Source: a virus | Taxonomy: Duplodnaviria; Caudoviricetes | Length of the DNA stretch: 57,624 bases | IMG/VR virus record: IMGVR_UViG_3300045588_000058 | Location: 1-57,624 of that record | Strand: one strand, 5' to 3' | In this document: positions 41,614-50,506 of the stretch, in pieces | How the letters are laid out: every line of letters begins with the position of its first letter | Numbering within the stretch: position 1 is the first letter of the stretch | The notes under the pieces: model-generated | Told to the model about the DNA's origin: nothing | The model's database searches: none | What the model saw: the letters and a program-made list of their open reading frames with translations, nothing else | Translations under genes and position numbers: made by a program

Positions 41614-42765
41614 TTAAGGAATTTGAGTAGTAGAAGAAGTTGTTGTTGTTGTAGGAGCACCAGAAGTAGTAGTAGTTGTAGTGATACAATCATTATTATC
41701 AACTAAAGTTCCTAAAGCAGCTTCCAATACAGTTTCAATTGCAGCAGCAATACCACTTGTTGAAGCATTTGGTGCAGAAATAATCACTGTACTATCTTCT
41801 TGGATATAATCACCCCATTGGTAAGCAGATTTATCAAGTTCATTGAATTTGATATAATAGCTATCGTAAGTTACTCCATTAGATACCCAAGACTCAAAGT
41901 TCTCATTGTATCCATTCATTCTGTAAAGGTGTTTCAAATACCCAGCTTGGTAGCTGTAGAAATTTTTCTCTAGTTGAGCAATTTCTCCAGATTGTCCTGA
42001 AGCATAAGAAGAACGTTGTGTAATTGCAGAGTTAGCAACAATGTTACAAGAATCAGCAACAATAAAGTCAGCAGTAGTAGCTGGACCAGAATATACAAAA
42101 GTTCTAAAAGACATTCTGTCATATTCAAAAGGGAAAGCAGCAATATCACAAGGTTGACCATATTTAGTTAATGGTTTTCCTGTAATACGTAAAATTGTAC
42201 CACCTATATTTTCAAATGTATAGAATGTGTTGAAACTAATGTTATCAGGATTAATACCAGGAGCTTGTGCAGTCAATTTACCAATCAATTGGTTAATCAA
42301 TGCATTTGTATCAACATCTACACATGGATCAGATCCACAATCACAACAAGGTGCTTGTACAGTTACTGAACGTGTAAATCCATTGAAATACAATGTATTA
42401 ATGTAAGAAGAACTAGCACGTAGTGTTAGTGTTAGTGTATCACCACATTGAACAGAAAAATCAGTTACATCAGTAATTTGATTAGCAGCAGTTGGACAAC
42501 CAATTACTTTGTACCATTCAGATACATTGGATCCATTTGAAGCAATTCTGTCAGATCTTTTTGATCCTTGTAAATACGTGTTAACTCTACCTTGAGCAAC
42601 ATAGAAATAAGGCTTAGCAGCAATATTAGCAGCAGTTGCTAATGAGTAATCGCTTCTAAAAATACCCACTGTACCTGCAGATAGGTCTTGGGTTGAACCA
42701 GAGCTAGGAAGAGCAGTCTGTCCTACTGGAACCACGAATAACGTGGTTAATGAAAAATCAGCCAT
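41614..42765 (-). CDS. Auxiliary capsid/decoration protein with C-terminal Thr tail
   Basis: 383 aa; third gene after MCP; beta-rich; YASGQSGEIAQLE, YDSYYIKF; high-expression-type codons. Confidence 0.65.
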   Translation of the reverse strand: MADFSLTTLFVVPVGQTALPSSGSTQDLSAGTVGIFRSDYSLATAANIAAKPYFYVAQGRVNTYLQGSKRSDRIASNGSNVSEWYKVIGCPTAANQITDVTDFSVQCGDTLTLTLRASSSYINTLYFNGFTRSVTVQAPCCDCGSDPCVDVDTNALINQLIGKLTAQAPGINPDNISFNTFYTFENIGGTILRITGKPLTKYGQPCDIAAFPFEYDRMSFRTFVYSGPATTADFIVADSCNIVANSAITQRSSYASGQSGEIAQLEKNFYSYQAGYLKHLYRMNGYNENFESWVSNGVTYDSYYIKFNELDKSAYQWGDYIQEDSTVIISAPNASTSGIAAAIETVLEAALGTLVDNNDCITTTTTTSGAPTTTTTSSTTQIP

Positions 42766-42789
42766 TTTTTATTTATTTAAATTAATAGT

Positions 42790-43521
42790 TTATTCGTTTG
42801 TTTGAATCCTATATGCTGCGCTTTGAACAGCAGATTGATTCTCTGTATACATTGCTAAATTTTGAACTGTTAAATCTAGTAATTCATCTTCTAGATATAA
42901 TTCTAATTCGCAATCTGTATTAATTGATGGTTTACCATCTAACATTATATATCCTTCTTTATTAATATATTGAGGATAACGCATGTACATTATATTTAAT
43001 GTAACTGGTGTAAAAGTTCCATCGGTAAATATACTTATTTCATCAGATGCAAGAATATTAAATGTTTCTTGATATTCAAATGATGGTTTGTAATGATCAT
43101 TATTTAATATAAATTGTAGATCCCCATGTTTAGCTAAGTCTCTATTAATCCATATTTTTCTATTCTTACATCTTCCTTTATCTGCTAATAGATAACTATC
43201 TACATAAAACATATATTTTGGAAGAAAATCATGAACACTAGCAACCCATTGATTTATATTTGGATCTTTTAGTTCTAATGATAATGGTTGATGATTATAA
43301 TCCATTACAAGACTTTGTAAATCTTCATAACGTTTTTTGAATGAATCCATTCCCATTCCATTAGCAACTGATATACCATCAACTTTTTGTTTTATCAACT
43401 TAATCTGAGCCTCATTCAAAGCTAAGATTTTGTCTTCTAATTGAATCTGTTGATGCTCATTAGTTGATAGTTTATTTAGTTTTTGATCAATCTTATATAA
43501 TAAACTATCTACTGGTATCAT
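42790..43521 (-). CDS. Head-tail connector/ring protein
   Basis: 243 aa; LNEAQ..LIK, KRYEDLQSL, D.YKPSF.Y, Y.RYP, CEL...L.DE motifs. Confidence 0.7.
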   Translation of the reverse strand: MIPVDSLLYKIDQKLNKLSTNEHQQIQLEDKILALNEAQIKLIKQKVDGISVANGMGMDSFKKRYEDLQSLVMDYNHQPLSLELKDPNINQWVASVHDFLPKYMFYVDSYLLADKGRCKNRKIWINRDLAKHGDLQFILNNDHYKPSFEYQETFNILASDEISIFTDGTFTPVTLNIMYMRYPQYINKEGYIMLDGKPSINTDCELELYLEDELLDLTVQNLAMYTENQSAVQSAAYRIQTNE

Positions 43522-43547
43522 ATGCTTTTATATTTTTAAACTAGCTA

Positions 43548-44516
43548 CTAAATAGCAGCTAGTTTTTTAGTTTTTAATTTACCTTCTAATATCAACAACT
43601 CATCTTGGTTATCATCATCAGCTAGGAATCTAATTAAATCTTCTTCATCTTTAGCAATTTCATATTCACCTTCATAAACTTTACCATTAGGTTTAATTCT
43701 ATATACTGAATGTGCTGTTGCTTGTTTGACTAAATCTTTAATATGTAATAAGTCATCTTTCATATTAGCAAACCTATTAAATACTTCAACTGGATTTAAG
43801 CCTGAATATTTACCATTCTTAAATTCTGTTTGTTTTAATACATTATCTACTTGATTGTAAACAACTTCTTCTTTTGTTTCTTCTGTTACTGGTAAACCTA
43901 AAAGTCTTGCAACTTTTTTCTTTTTATCAGGAGTCATTGAATCAAACATTACAATTGCTTTATTAATCAATTGTTTTTTCTTGTATATTACAGCGTTTTC
44001 TATCTCATCATCTACAACATAAAATTGTGTATCTGCAGCATATTCTCCTCTTTCCCAAGCTTGGTGTGAAGATGCAATTGTTGGATGTACTCTTAACCAG
44101 GAAAATGCTATCTCTTGAAAAGGTACAGATAGATCAAAATAATTATCACCATCTAATAACTTAACTGATTGTACGTGTGATTGATCATCTGTAGAAGTTG
44201 ATAAACCATAGTTCCAGAATTGTGAACGAGGCCCTAAATCAATATCACCTAATTCATATTCAAGTTTCTTTTTAAGATTTGCAACTCTTTCAGTTTCTAG
44301 TTCTCTTTCTAGAGGATCTTGAATTCTTCTGATATACGCAGCATCTGGATCTAATCCTGTTCTGTATTTACCATCTAATTCTTTATAAGGATATTTGAAT
44401 ACTCCTGTTCCAGGGATTCTTGTCATTCCTTTTTGTGCTAATCCACTATCCATTGTTTGAAGTTGTGAACTATTAAACTCACGTTTTATCGTAGAGATTT
44501 TTCCTAATTTTGCCAT
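43548..44516 (-). CDS. Conserved crAss-like protein encoded downstream of MCP
   Basis: 322 aa; YRTGL, FDLS.P, HP.IA.S, KKVARLLG. Confidence 0.7.
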   Translation of the reverse strand: MAKLGKISTIKREFNSSQLQTMDSGLAQKGMTRIPGTGVFKYPYKELDGKYRTGLDPDAAYIRRIQDPLERELETERVANLKKKLEYELGDIDLGPRSQFWNYGLSTSTDDQSHVQSVKLLDGDNYFDLSVPFQEIAFSWLRVHPTIASSHQAWERGEYAADTQFYVVDDEIENAVIYKKKQLINKAIVMFDSMTPDKKKKVARLLGLPVTEETKEEVVYNQVDNVLKQTEFKNGKYSGLNPVEVFNRFANMKDDLLHIKDLVKQATAHSVYRIKPNGKVYEGEYEIAKDEEDLIRFLADDDNQDELLILEGKLKTKKLAAI

Positions 44517-44550
44517 AATGTAGTTTAATTTAATAATTGGTTTTAATTTG

Positions 44551-44623
44551 TTGCGGTGATTGGACTCGAACCAATGACTGTCAGCTTATGAGGCTGCTGA
44601 GCTACCAACTGCTCTACACCACG
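44551..44623 (-). tRNA. trnM: tRNA-Met(CAT), initiator-like
   Basis: CGTGGTG TA GAGC AGTTGGTA GCTC A GCAGC CTCATAA GCTGA CAGTC ATTGG TTCGAGT CCAAT CACCGCA A; complete cloverleaf, CCA not encoded. Confidence 0.92.
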
Positions 44624-44629
44624 ATTTAG

Positions 44630-44905
44630 TAGAGTGGTTCCACCGAAGGAACCTGAACCTGGATACTATCCATTTCAAACACTCTGACACTTAGTTACGT
44701 TGCTATGCAAGAGGCTTGACTAAGTATTTTTTAAAGCTGTCCAAACTAAATCCTGCTTTCGCTGTCTAGATTTTATTCTGCTTTAGGATTGAGATCAACC
44801 CCCTCTAGGAGGGAGAGGAGGTGAGGGGATCTTTCTCAGAAAAATGAGTTACTCTGGTACGCCTACAACTAGTAAAAAGTAATTATTCTTCTTGGCGTAG
44901 TAACT
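44630..44905 (-). ncRNA. Putative structured RNA cluster (five stem-loop modules)
   Basis: Closing helices at 44847-44905, 44790-44838, 44732-44785, 44689-44725, 44631-44685; GAAA and UUCG tetraloops on the minus strand; no ORF in the track. Confidence 0.55.
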
Positions 44906-44915
44906 ACTGTTATTA

Positions 44916-46490
44916 TTAGAATTGTGGCATTTCCTCAATCAACACAGTTCTAGACAAATCTTCAATAAATACATCACATCTGTCTTTCATCCAGATTTCG
45001 TATCCTGGGAATTTGTTAGCACTTGACATACCTTGAGATTTTGCAAATCCTAAGTGATGACGAGTTCCATCAATATAACCCCAAGTCATAGAAGGAGCAC
45101 CTTTCATACGTACTTCTCTAATGTTATTCACCATACTACCATCACCCATTGGAGAAACATCAAACACCATAAATACAGGAGTAGATTTTTTGTTTTGTCC
45201 AAATTCTAGGTTAGATTGTGGTAAATCCAATTCTTTCAAGTGAATAAGTTCAACACGACCAGTCTCACGTGTAACCATTGCATCAAATGCAAAGTTGTAA
45301 GTAATGTGTTGTCCTTCACCTTGCATATATCTGTTTCCAGAATCTGCCATAAATGTAAGACCACTGTTAAGAGCATCTGTTTTCAAAGCTTGTTGGAATA
45401 CATCAAATCCAGCTTCGTTAGTATACATTTTAACACGTCTGTCTTTTACATCCACTCTTCTGTAGAACAAATCTCCAAAAACTGAACGAATCAAGTTAGC
45501 AGAAAATTCTCCACGGTTATATTGTACCAAGTTACCGTTGTTACGCATTCTGTGATAAACACCAGCAGATGTACGTTTAACTTCTTGTTTAGACCCACCA
45601 GATTTAACTGTACCTGGTTTAGCCCAAATCATACGTTTAACTTTAAGTTCAAGCATAGATTTACGCATCCAGAATTCAATAAACGGTTCCCATTTAACAT
45701 CATTACGAGTAAGTGGTAATTGGTTACGTCTTTGTGGAGCATATACCAAAATATCAAGAGGTTTACCTGAAGCATCTCTCATCATTTTATCATCAGCCCA
45801 TTCAGTGATTTTGTGCTCATAACCATATGCAGAACCCAAAGATTCAAACATTGTGATTTGCTCACCCAATCTTGGAAGACCCAATAAATCTTGATCGAAT
45901 TCTCCAATTGCAGCATCAACTAATTCTAGTTCAATACCATGTTGTAAAAACAAAGGATTAACAAAGTCAACAGTTGGGTTATCAGTTACAAGTGTAAATG
46001 AATACAAATAACCTGCATTCCATGGCAATGGATCTTTGATCACGTAGAAACGTGGACCATATTGACGTGTACCTACAGAAATGATAGCATTTTTAGAAAA
46101 TTCATTAGTATCCAATACTAATTGAAATTCTTGACCATCAATACCAACTTTACCAGAACCAGTAATACCTTCAATGATATCTGTAGTAGAGCTAGGAACA
46201 TCAATAATTTTTGGGAATTTGTAAGGAACTGCTACTTGCCATTTCCATGCATCACTATTATTATCTATGTAATAAGGTGTGCTTTTGTTGATCATGTCTA
46301 AGAAGTCATTACTGTACAACGAGCTCTGGGTATAAAGACTGATGATTTTTTTATCATAGTCCGCAGGCTCAGTAGAGTGAAAACTCTCTAAGTGATTTGA
46401 GTCTGTAAGTTTACCTACAGCACGTTTGTCCATAGACGCTACTCGTGCATAAGTAAAACCAGTTAACCCAGGGATTGTTTGAATACTCAT
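44916..46490 (-). CDS. Major capsid protein (crAss-like HK97 fold)
   Basis: 524 aa; portal-scaffold-MCP order; SAGVYHRMRNNGN, YTNEAG, H..ELD, GYIDG motifs. Confidence 0.9.
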   Translation of the reverse strand: MSIQTIPGLTGFTYARVASMDKRAVGKLTDSNHLESFHSTEPADYDKKIISLYTQSSLYSNDFLDMINKSTPYYIDNNSDAWKWQVAVPYKFPKIIDVPSSTTDIIEGITGSGKVGIDGQEFQLVLDTNEFSKNAIISVGTRQYGPRFYVIKDPLPWNAGYLYSFTLVTDNPTVDFVNPLFLQHGIELELVDAAIGEFDQDLLGLPRLGEQITMFESLGSAYGYEHKITEWADDKMMRDASGKPLDILVYAPQRRNQLPLTRNDVKWEPFIEFWMRKSMLELKVKRMIWAKPGTVKSGGSKQEVKRTSAGVYHRMRNNGNLVQYNRGEFSANLIRSVFGDLFYRRVDVKDRRVKMYTNEAGFDVFQQALKTDALNSGLTFMADSGNRYMQGEGQHITYNFAFDAMVTRETGRVELIHLKELDLPQSNLEFGQNKKSTPVFMVFDVSPMGDGSMVNNIREVRMKGAPSMTWGYIDGTRHHLGFAKSQGMSSANKFPGYEIWMKDRCDVFIEDLSRTVLIEEMPQF

Positions 46491-46519
46491 TTTATTTAAA
46501 TTTATTAATTATTAATTTG

Positions 46520-47776
46520 TTATGAAAACCATGATTTAGGGTGAGCACCTGCTTGTGAACCACCAGATATTTTAGCTTTAGTGACTTGTCTTGCAACTTC
46601 TCCAAACAGTTCGTTAGATTTTTTTGTAACGCCTGTTCTTTGTATAGTGGATAATGTTGGATCTTTTTCTAACATTTTTAAAAGAAGTCCCACTTTTACT
46701 TTCATTGCGTGATTCTCAGGTCTTTTCATATCCAAGATAGCACGATCAAAATCAGTTAAGGTTTCTCCTGTTGGAGTTTTCCACTTATCTACTAATAAGA
46801 AGTCTTGTAGTTCATTAGCTAATTTTGGATTGATGGGAATACCGTCAAACTCTTTTGCTTTCACCTTATCATTTAAGATGGTTTGTACATTATTTATGTA
46901 CTGATTTCTGATTTGAGCTTTTTGTTGTAGCTCAGCTGCAGATTTATTTTCTAATTCTTGTAATTTAGATGCTTCATTTTTAACTAACACTTTGTGATGT
47001 TTTGTTGCAACGCTTTCTAAATCACCATAATTTTTAAGTCTTTCAATTTCTGTCTCAACATCTTCAGGATCAAATCCTTGGTTTGTTAAAGCTTGCTTCA
47101 TTATTCTTTCTTGATTATTTTCATCAGAAAGATCCATTTCAGCAAATCCTACTACATTATTATATGTAGTGAAATAGTCTTTAGGATTAACTCCTTTTAC
47201 AAATATGGCATCAAATGCTTCTTGATAGTCTTCTCCAAACTGTCCAATAAAATTTTGTACTATTTCACTAGCACCTTTTTTCTTTTCATTGTTGAATCTT
47301 TCTAAGAATTCTTCAGCTGTAGATACAGGTTCTTGTTCATCATCATCAGATGTAAATACACCTAATTTATAAAGATCATTTGCAAGTGCAGTAAACTGTG
47401 TAGTCTCTGGTGCATCATCATCTTCTGAATTGTCATTATCAACACTTGCAGATTTTGCAGTTTTTAATACTGGTGCATCATCTTCTTCATCATCAGGATT
47501 ATCACTTAAGAAATCCGAAATCATTGATTGTCCTTCTAATTTTTCCTCATCTGTTTTACCATCAACACTTTTTGGGGGAACAATGTCCTTACCTTTAGGG
47601 ATTGCTGGTGCAACTGGTGCAGCAGGAGCTTCTGCATCTTTAATAATAGCAGTAACATCTTCTGGATTAGAAGTTGATGTTTCAGGAGAAAATAAATCAT
47701 TTAATAATTCTTGATTTCCCATTCCCATTTCCATAGTATCCTGGATACTAAAGTTTGTATCTAATTCGTTAGCCAT
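46520..47776 (-). CDS. Scaffold-like protein between portal and MCP
   Basis: 418 aa; acidic disordered N-terminus, coiled-coil C-terminus, FDGIPI. Confidence 0.65.
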   Translation of the reverse strand: MANELDTNFSIQDTMEMGMGNQELLNDLFSPETSTSNPEDVTAIIKDAEAPAAPVAPAIPKGKDIVPPKSVDGKTDEEKLEGQSMISDFLSDNPDDEEDDAPVLKTAKSASVDNDNSEDDDAPETTQFTALANDLYKLGVFTSDDDEQEPVSTAEEFLERFNNEKKKGASEIVQNFIGQFGEDYQEAFDAIFVKGVNPKDYFTTYNNVVGFAEMDLSDENNQERIMKQALTNQGFDPEDVETEIERLKNYGDLESVATKHHKVLVKNEASKLQELENKSAAELQQKAQIRNQYINNVQTILNDKVKAKEFDGIPINPKLANELQDFLLVDKWKTPTGETLTDFDRAILDMKRPENHAMKVKVGLLLKMLEKDPTLSTIQRTGVTKKSNELFGEVARQVTKAKISGGSQAGAHPKSWFS

Positions 47777-47809
47777 ATGTAGTTGTATTTTTGTTTGGTT
47801 TATTTAGTG

Positions 47810-47840
47810 TAAATGTATAATAAGAGTTTATAATATCAAA
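47810..47840 (-). promoter_or_regulatory. Bacteroidota-type promoter TTTG-N19-TACATTTA for the scaffold-MCP operon
   Basis: Near-consensus -7 and exact -33 elements in the intergenic region. Confidence 0.6.
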
Positions 47841-47896
47841 GCATTATGAATCAATGTAGTCCAATTTTGTTGATAATATAGCATTAAAATTTTTAT

Positions 47897-47913
47897 CTCC
47901 CCCGAAGAGGAGA
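47897..47913 (-). terminator. cUUCGg hairpin immediately after the portal stop
   Basis: TCTCCTC-TTCG-GGGAGA; no U-tract on the sense strand. Confidence 0.45.
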
Positions 47914-47919
47914 AGTTTT

Positions 47920-50505
47920 TTAACCTTTTTTGTTATTACGTCCCTTAGCATTTTCTTTTGCAATTTGTAAATCATTAACCATATTCTCTCTTTGCACTGC
48001 TAATTTTTCTTTTTCTATAGACATTTTATCATTAGCTTGTTTATTCTTAGATTGAATATCAGCCATCTTTATTCCATAATCTTTATTAGCTTTATTTTCA
48101 GCTTGTGTTAACTTGCTCATCTCTAATACATCAGGGATAGCATTAGCATTTACATCTTCACTTTCAACATTACCAAATCCTGTAGCTTGAATAATAGCAA
48201 TTTTTTCTTTAGACAATCTATCAAGTTCTTTTTGATAATTTTCATTTGCTTGTTGCTCTTGTGCCATTTGCATAGCTTGTTGCAACTGAGCTTGAGATTG
48301 TTCTTGTTGTTGTTGAAGTTTTTGTTGTTCAAGTTGTTGAACTTGTTGTTGTTGAGCAATTTGATTATCTCTAAGGTCTTTAAATGTTTTTTTCATTTCT
48401 CTCATAGACTTAGTAGAATACAATTCTATTACATCATAAAGCGTACCACCATTTTGTATAATAGCTTGAGATAATTGTCTAAGTTCATTAAACATTTGTG
48501 TATCTTCTGGTCTATTAGTAAGGAACACTTTTAAATCACGGAATGAAAGATCAGTACCATTTACTTGTACAAATGCTGATTCTCCCTCAGATGTAATATA
48601 AGATAGTGTAGATTGTGGTTTTGATGATTCTACATAAAGTGCAGCATCTATAATACTTTGATATAATTGTCCAAGCACATATTCATGAGCTACAAAAAGA
48701 GGCTCTGTTTGCGAATAACTTTGTTGCATGGCAGTATTTGTCCCTGTAGCACTTTCAGAGGCAGAAACAGAGCCCATACGTTGTTTAGACATACCTACAA
48801 GTTCCCAACACTCTTGTTTCATTTGTTGTGCAAGAGTATATCTTGACTGTATCTCTTGTGTACGTGTAAGATCAAGAGCTGTAAATTGATTAAATGAACT
48901 TGGAGATTTTAAATTCTCTGGGCTATCATCAATAAATACTACTCCTCTGTTACGTGCTTCCATTTCCCATATATCAAGAGCATCTTGTGCATCTCCATCT
49001 TTAGGTATAGGAATATGTCTTAATGACATTAGTTGTACTTTACCAACTTCTTTTTCAAGTAGTTTATATAATTGGTTCATACACACATTATATATCACTT
49101 GGAAAGGTTTCATTAAATCAACAAGTGACTTTGCCTCTGTATTCTTAACCTCATATGTTGTTCCTATAATAGGACAATAGTTTAATAATTTAAATGGTTT
49201 AATATGATAGATGTCTGGACCAATTTTTGTTCCTTGATACCATTGGTTAATCCATCCCCATTCTAATGATTGTTGTGTAGGAATTGTTTTTGATTTATAT
49301 GATTCATCAACAAGCATTGATTGCTCATTACCCATTTCATCTATATAAATCAATTTTCCAATTTTCTTTTTAGATATCCAGTAACTACGTACAACAACAT
49401 ACTTATATCCAAATGAACTAACGTTATTGGTAAGACCTAAGAAATCTTTAAGTCCATCGTTGTTTTCTTTCATTTCTGATTCAATCATCATTCTTGTTTG
49501 TAGAACAAGAGGGTCAAATGTATCATAGTTTACAGAATCAATACCTTCTGGTGCATTAGGATTTCCAAGATTGGATTCACGTACATTAATCAATCCATAA
49601 TCTTGTAAGGATGATCTAAGGTGATCTATTTCTTCTTTAGAAAGATCTGGTATAGATTCAATAATTTCAGATAGTTCCATAACTTGCACAGTACCAGCAG
49701 CATATGCTCCTTGTGCTCTACCTGTAGGATCTGATATATATTTTCTATCTGGTGTAGATAAAAACCAAGTGTTTTTTGGATTAGCCACTTCAACATTAAA
49801 TCCAAGTTTACTATTGTCTTCATATATGTGATAGAATTCTCTAGCTGATACTAACATATCTCTAAATGCATCTTCACTCTTTTCTTTAATATTGAATTCA
49901 GCTTTCTGACAAGTAAGAACATGATTAGCCCATTTCTCAGCAACAGATGTATAACTATCTAACTGATCCTTAACTTGTTCCATTGTCATTTGTTCTAATT
50001 GCTCAGGATCAATTTCTTCCCCTTGCATTGCTGCTTTAGCTGTAAGTTGTTGTTTTACTTGACTAATAACATATTGCTGAAGAGTGTCTGTTTTAAATTG
50101 AAGTTCTTCTGCTTGGCTATCATCATCAAAAGCTTTTACTCTAAATGAATCTGGACGTTTGCTTATTTCTCCTACTAACTCATTAATAGGGGTGGTAATA
50201 ATTGAATACATTTTTACATAAGCAGGCAAATCAAGATCAGCTGTAAGAACATCTGTAAAACTTTTTACTTCTGGTTCTTGATAGAAATCTTCCATACGAA
50301 GGATTCCTTTCATAAGATCATAATTTTTTACAAATGTGTCTCTATTTTTTACGTATTCAGCATAAGCTTTATTAGAAAAATAATCCATGGTGTTTTTAAT
50401 CCAGCTCTCATCTTCCTTTTCCTTTTCTGTTTTGAACTGATCAGGAAAAATGTTTAAGTATGCATATCGTATTGTAGCATCTTTTGTATATCTAATTATT
50501 GCCAT
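47920..50505 (-). CDS. Portal protein
   Basis: 861 aa after TerL; LVGEISKRP, WISKKKIG, W.WINQ.Y.G.KIG, SLVDLMKPFQ.IYN, Q-rich barrel. Confidence 0.92.
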   Translation of the reverse strand: MAIIRYTKDATIRYAYLNIFPDQFKTEKEKEDESWIKNTMDYFSNKAYAEYVKNRDTFVKNYDLMKGILRMEDFYQEPEVKSFTDVLTADLDLPAYVKMYSIITTPINELVGEISKRPDSFRVKAFDDDSQAEELQFKTDTLQQYVISQVKQQLTAKAAMQGEEIDPEQLEQMTMEQVKDQLDSYTSVAEKWANHVLTCQKAEFNIKEKSEDAFRDMLVSAREFYHIYEDNSKLGFNVEVANPKNTWFLSTPDRKYISDPTGRAQGAYAAGTVQVMELSEIIESIPDLSKEEIDHLRSSLQDYGLINVRESNLGNPNAPEGIDSVNYDTFDPLVLQTRMMIESEMKENNDGLKDFLGLTNNVSSFGYKYVVVRSYWISKKKIGKLIYIDEMGNEQSMLVDESYKSKTIPTQQSLEWGWINQWYQGTKIGPDIYHIKPFKLLNYCPIIGTTYEVKNTEAKSLVDLMKPFQVIYNVCMNQLYKLLEKEVGKVQLMSLRHIPIPKDGDAQDALDIWEMEARNRGVVFIDDSPENLKSPSSFNQFTALDLTRTQEIQSRYTLAQQMKQECWELVGMSKQRMGSVSASESATGTNTAMQQSYSQTEPLFVAHEYVLGQLYQSIIDAALYVESSKPQSTLSYITSEGESAFVQVNGTDLSFRDLKVFLTNRPEDTQMFNELRQLSQAIIQNGGTLYDVIELYSTKSMREMKKTFKDLRDNQIAQQQQVQQLEQQKLQQQQEQSQAQLQQAMQMAQEQQANENYQKELDRLSKEKIAIIQATGFGNVESEDVNANAIPDVLEMSKLTQAENKANKDYGIKMADIQSKNKQANDKMSIEKEKLAVQRENMVNDLQIAKENAKGRNNKKG

Positions 50506-50506
50506 G

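Noticed and set aside
44630-44905. Group I intron or CRISPR mini-array
   Set aside because: Does not interrupt a gene, no recognisable P7 core, and no repeated units with spacers
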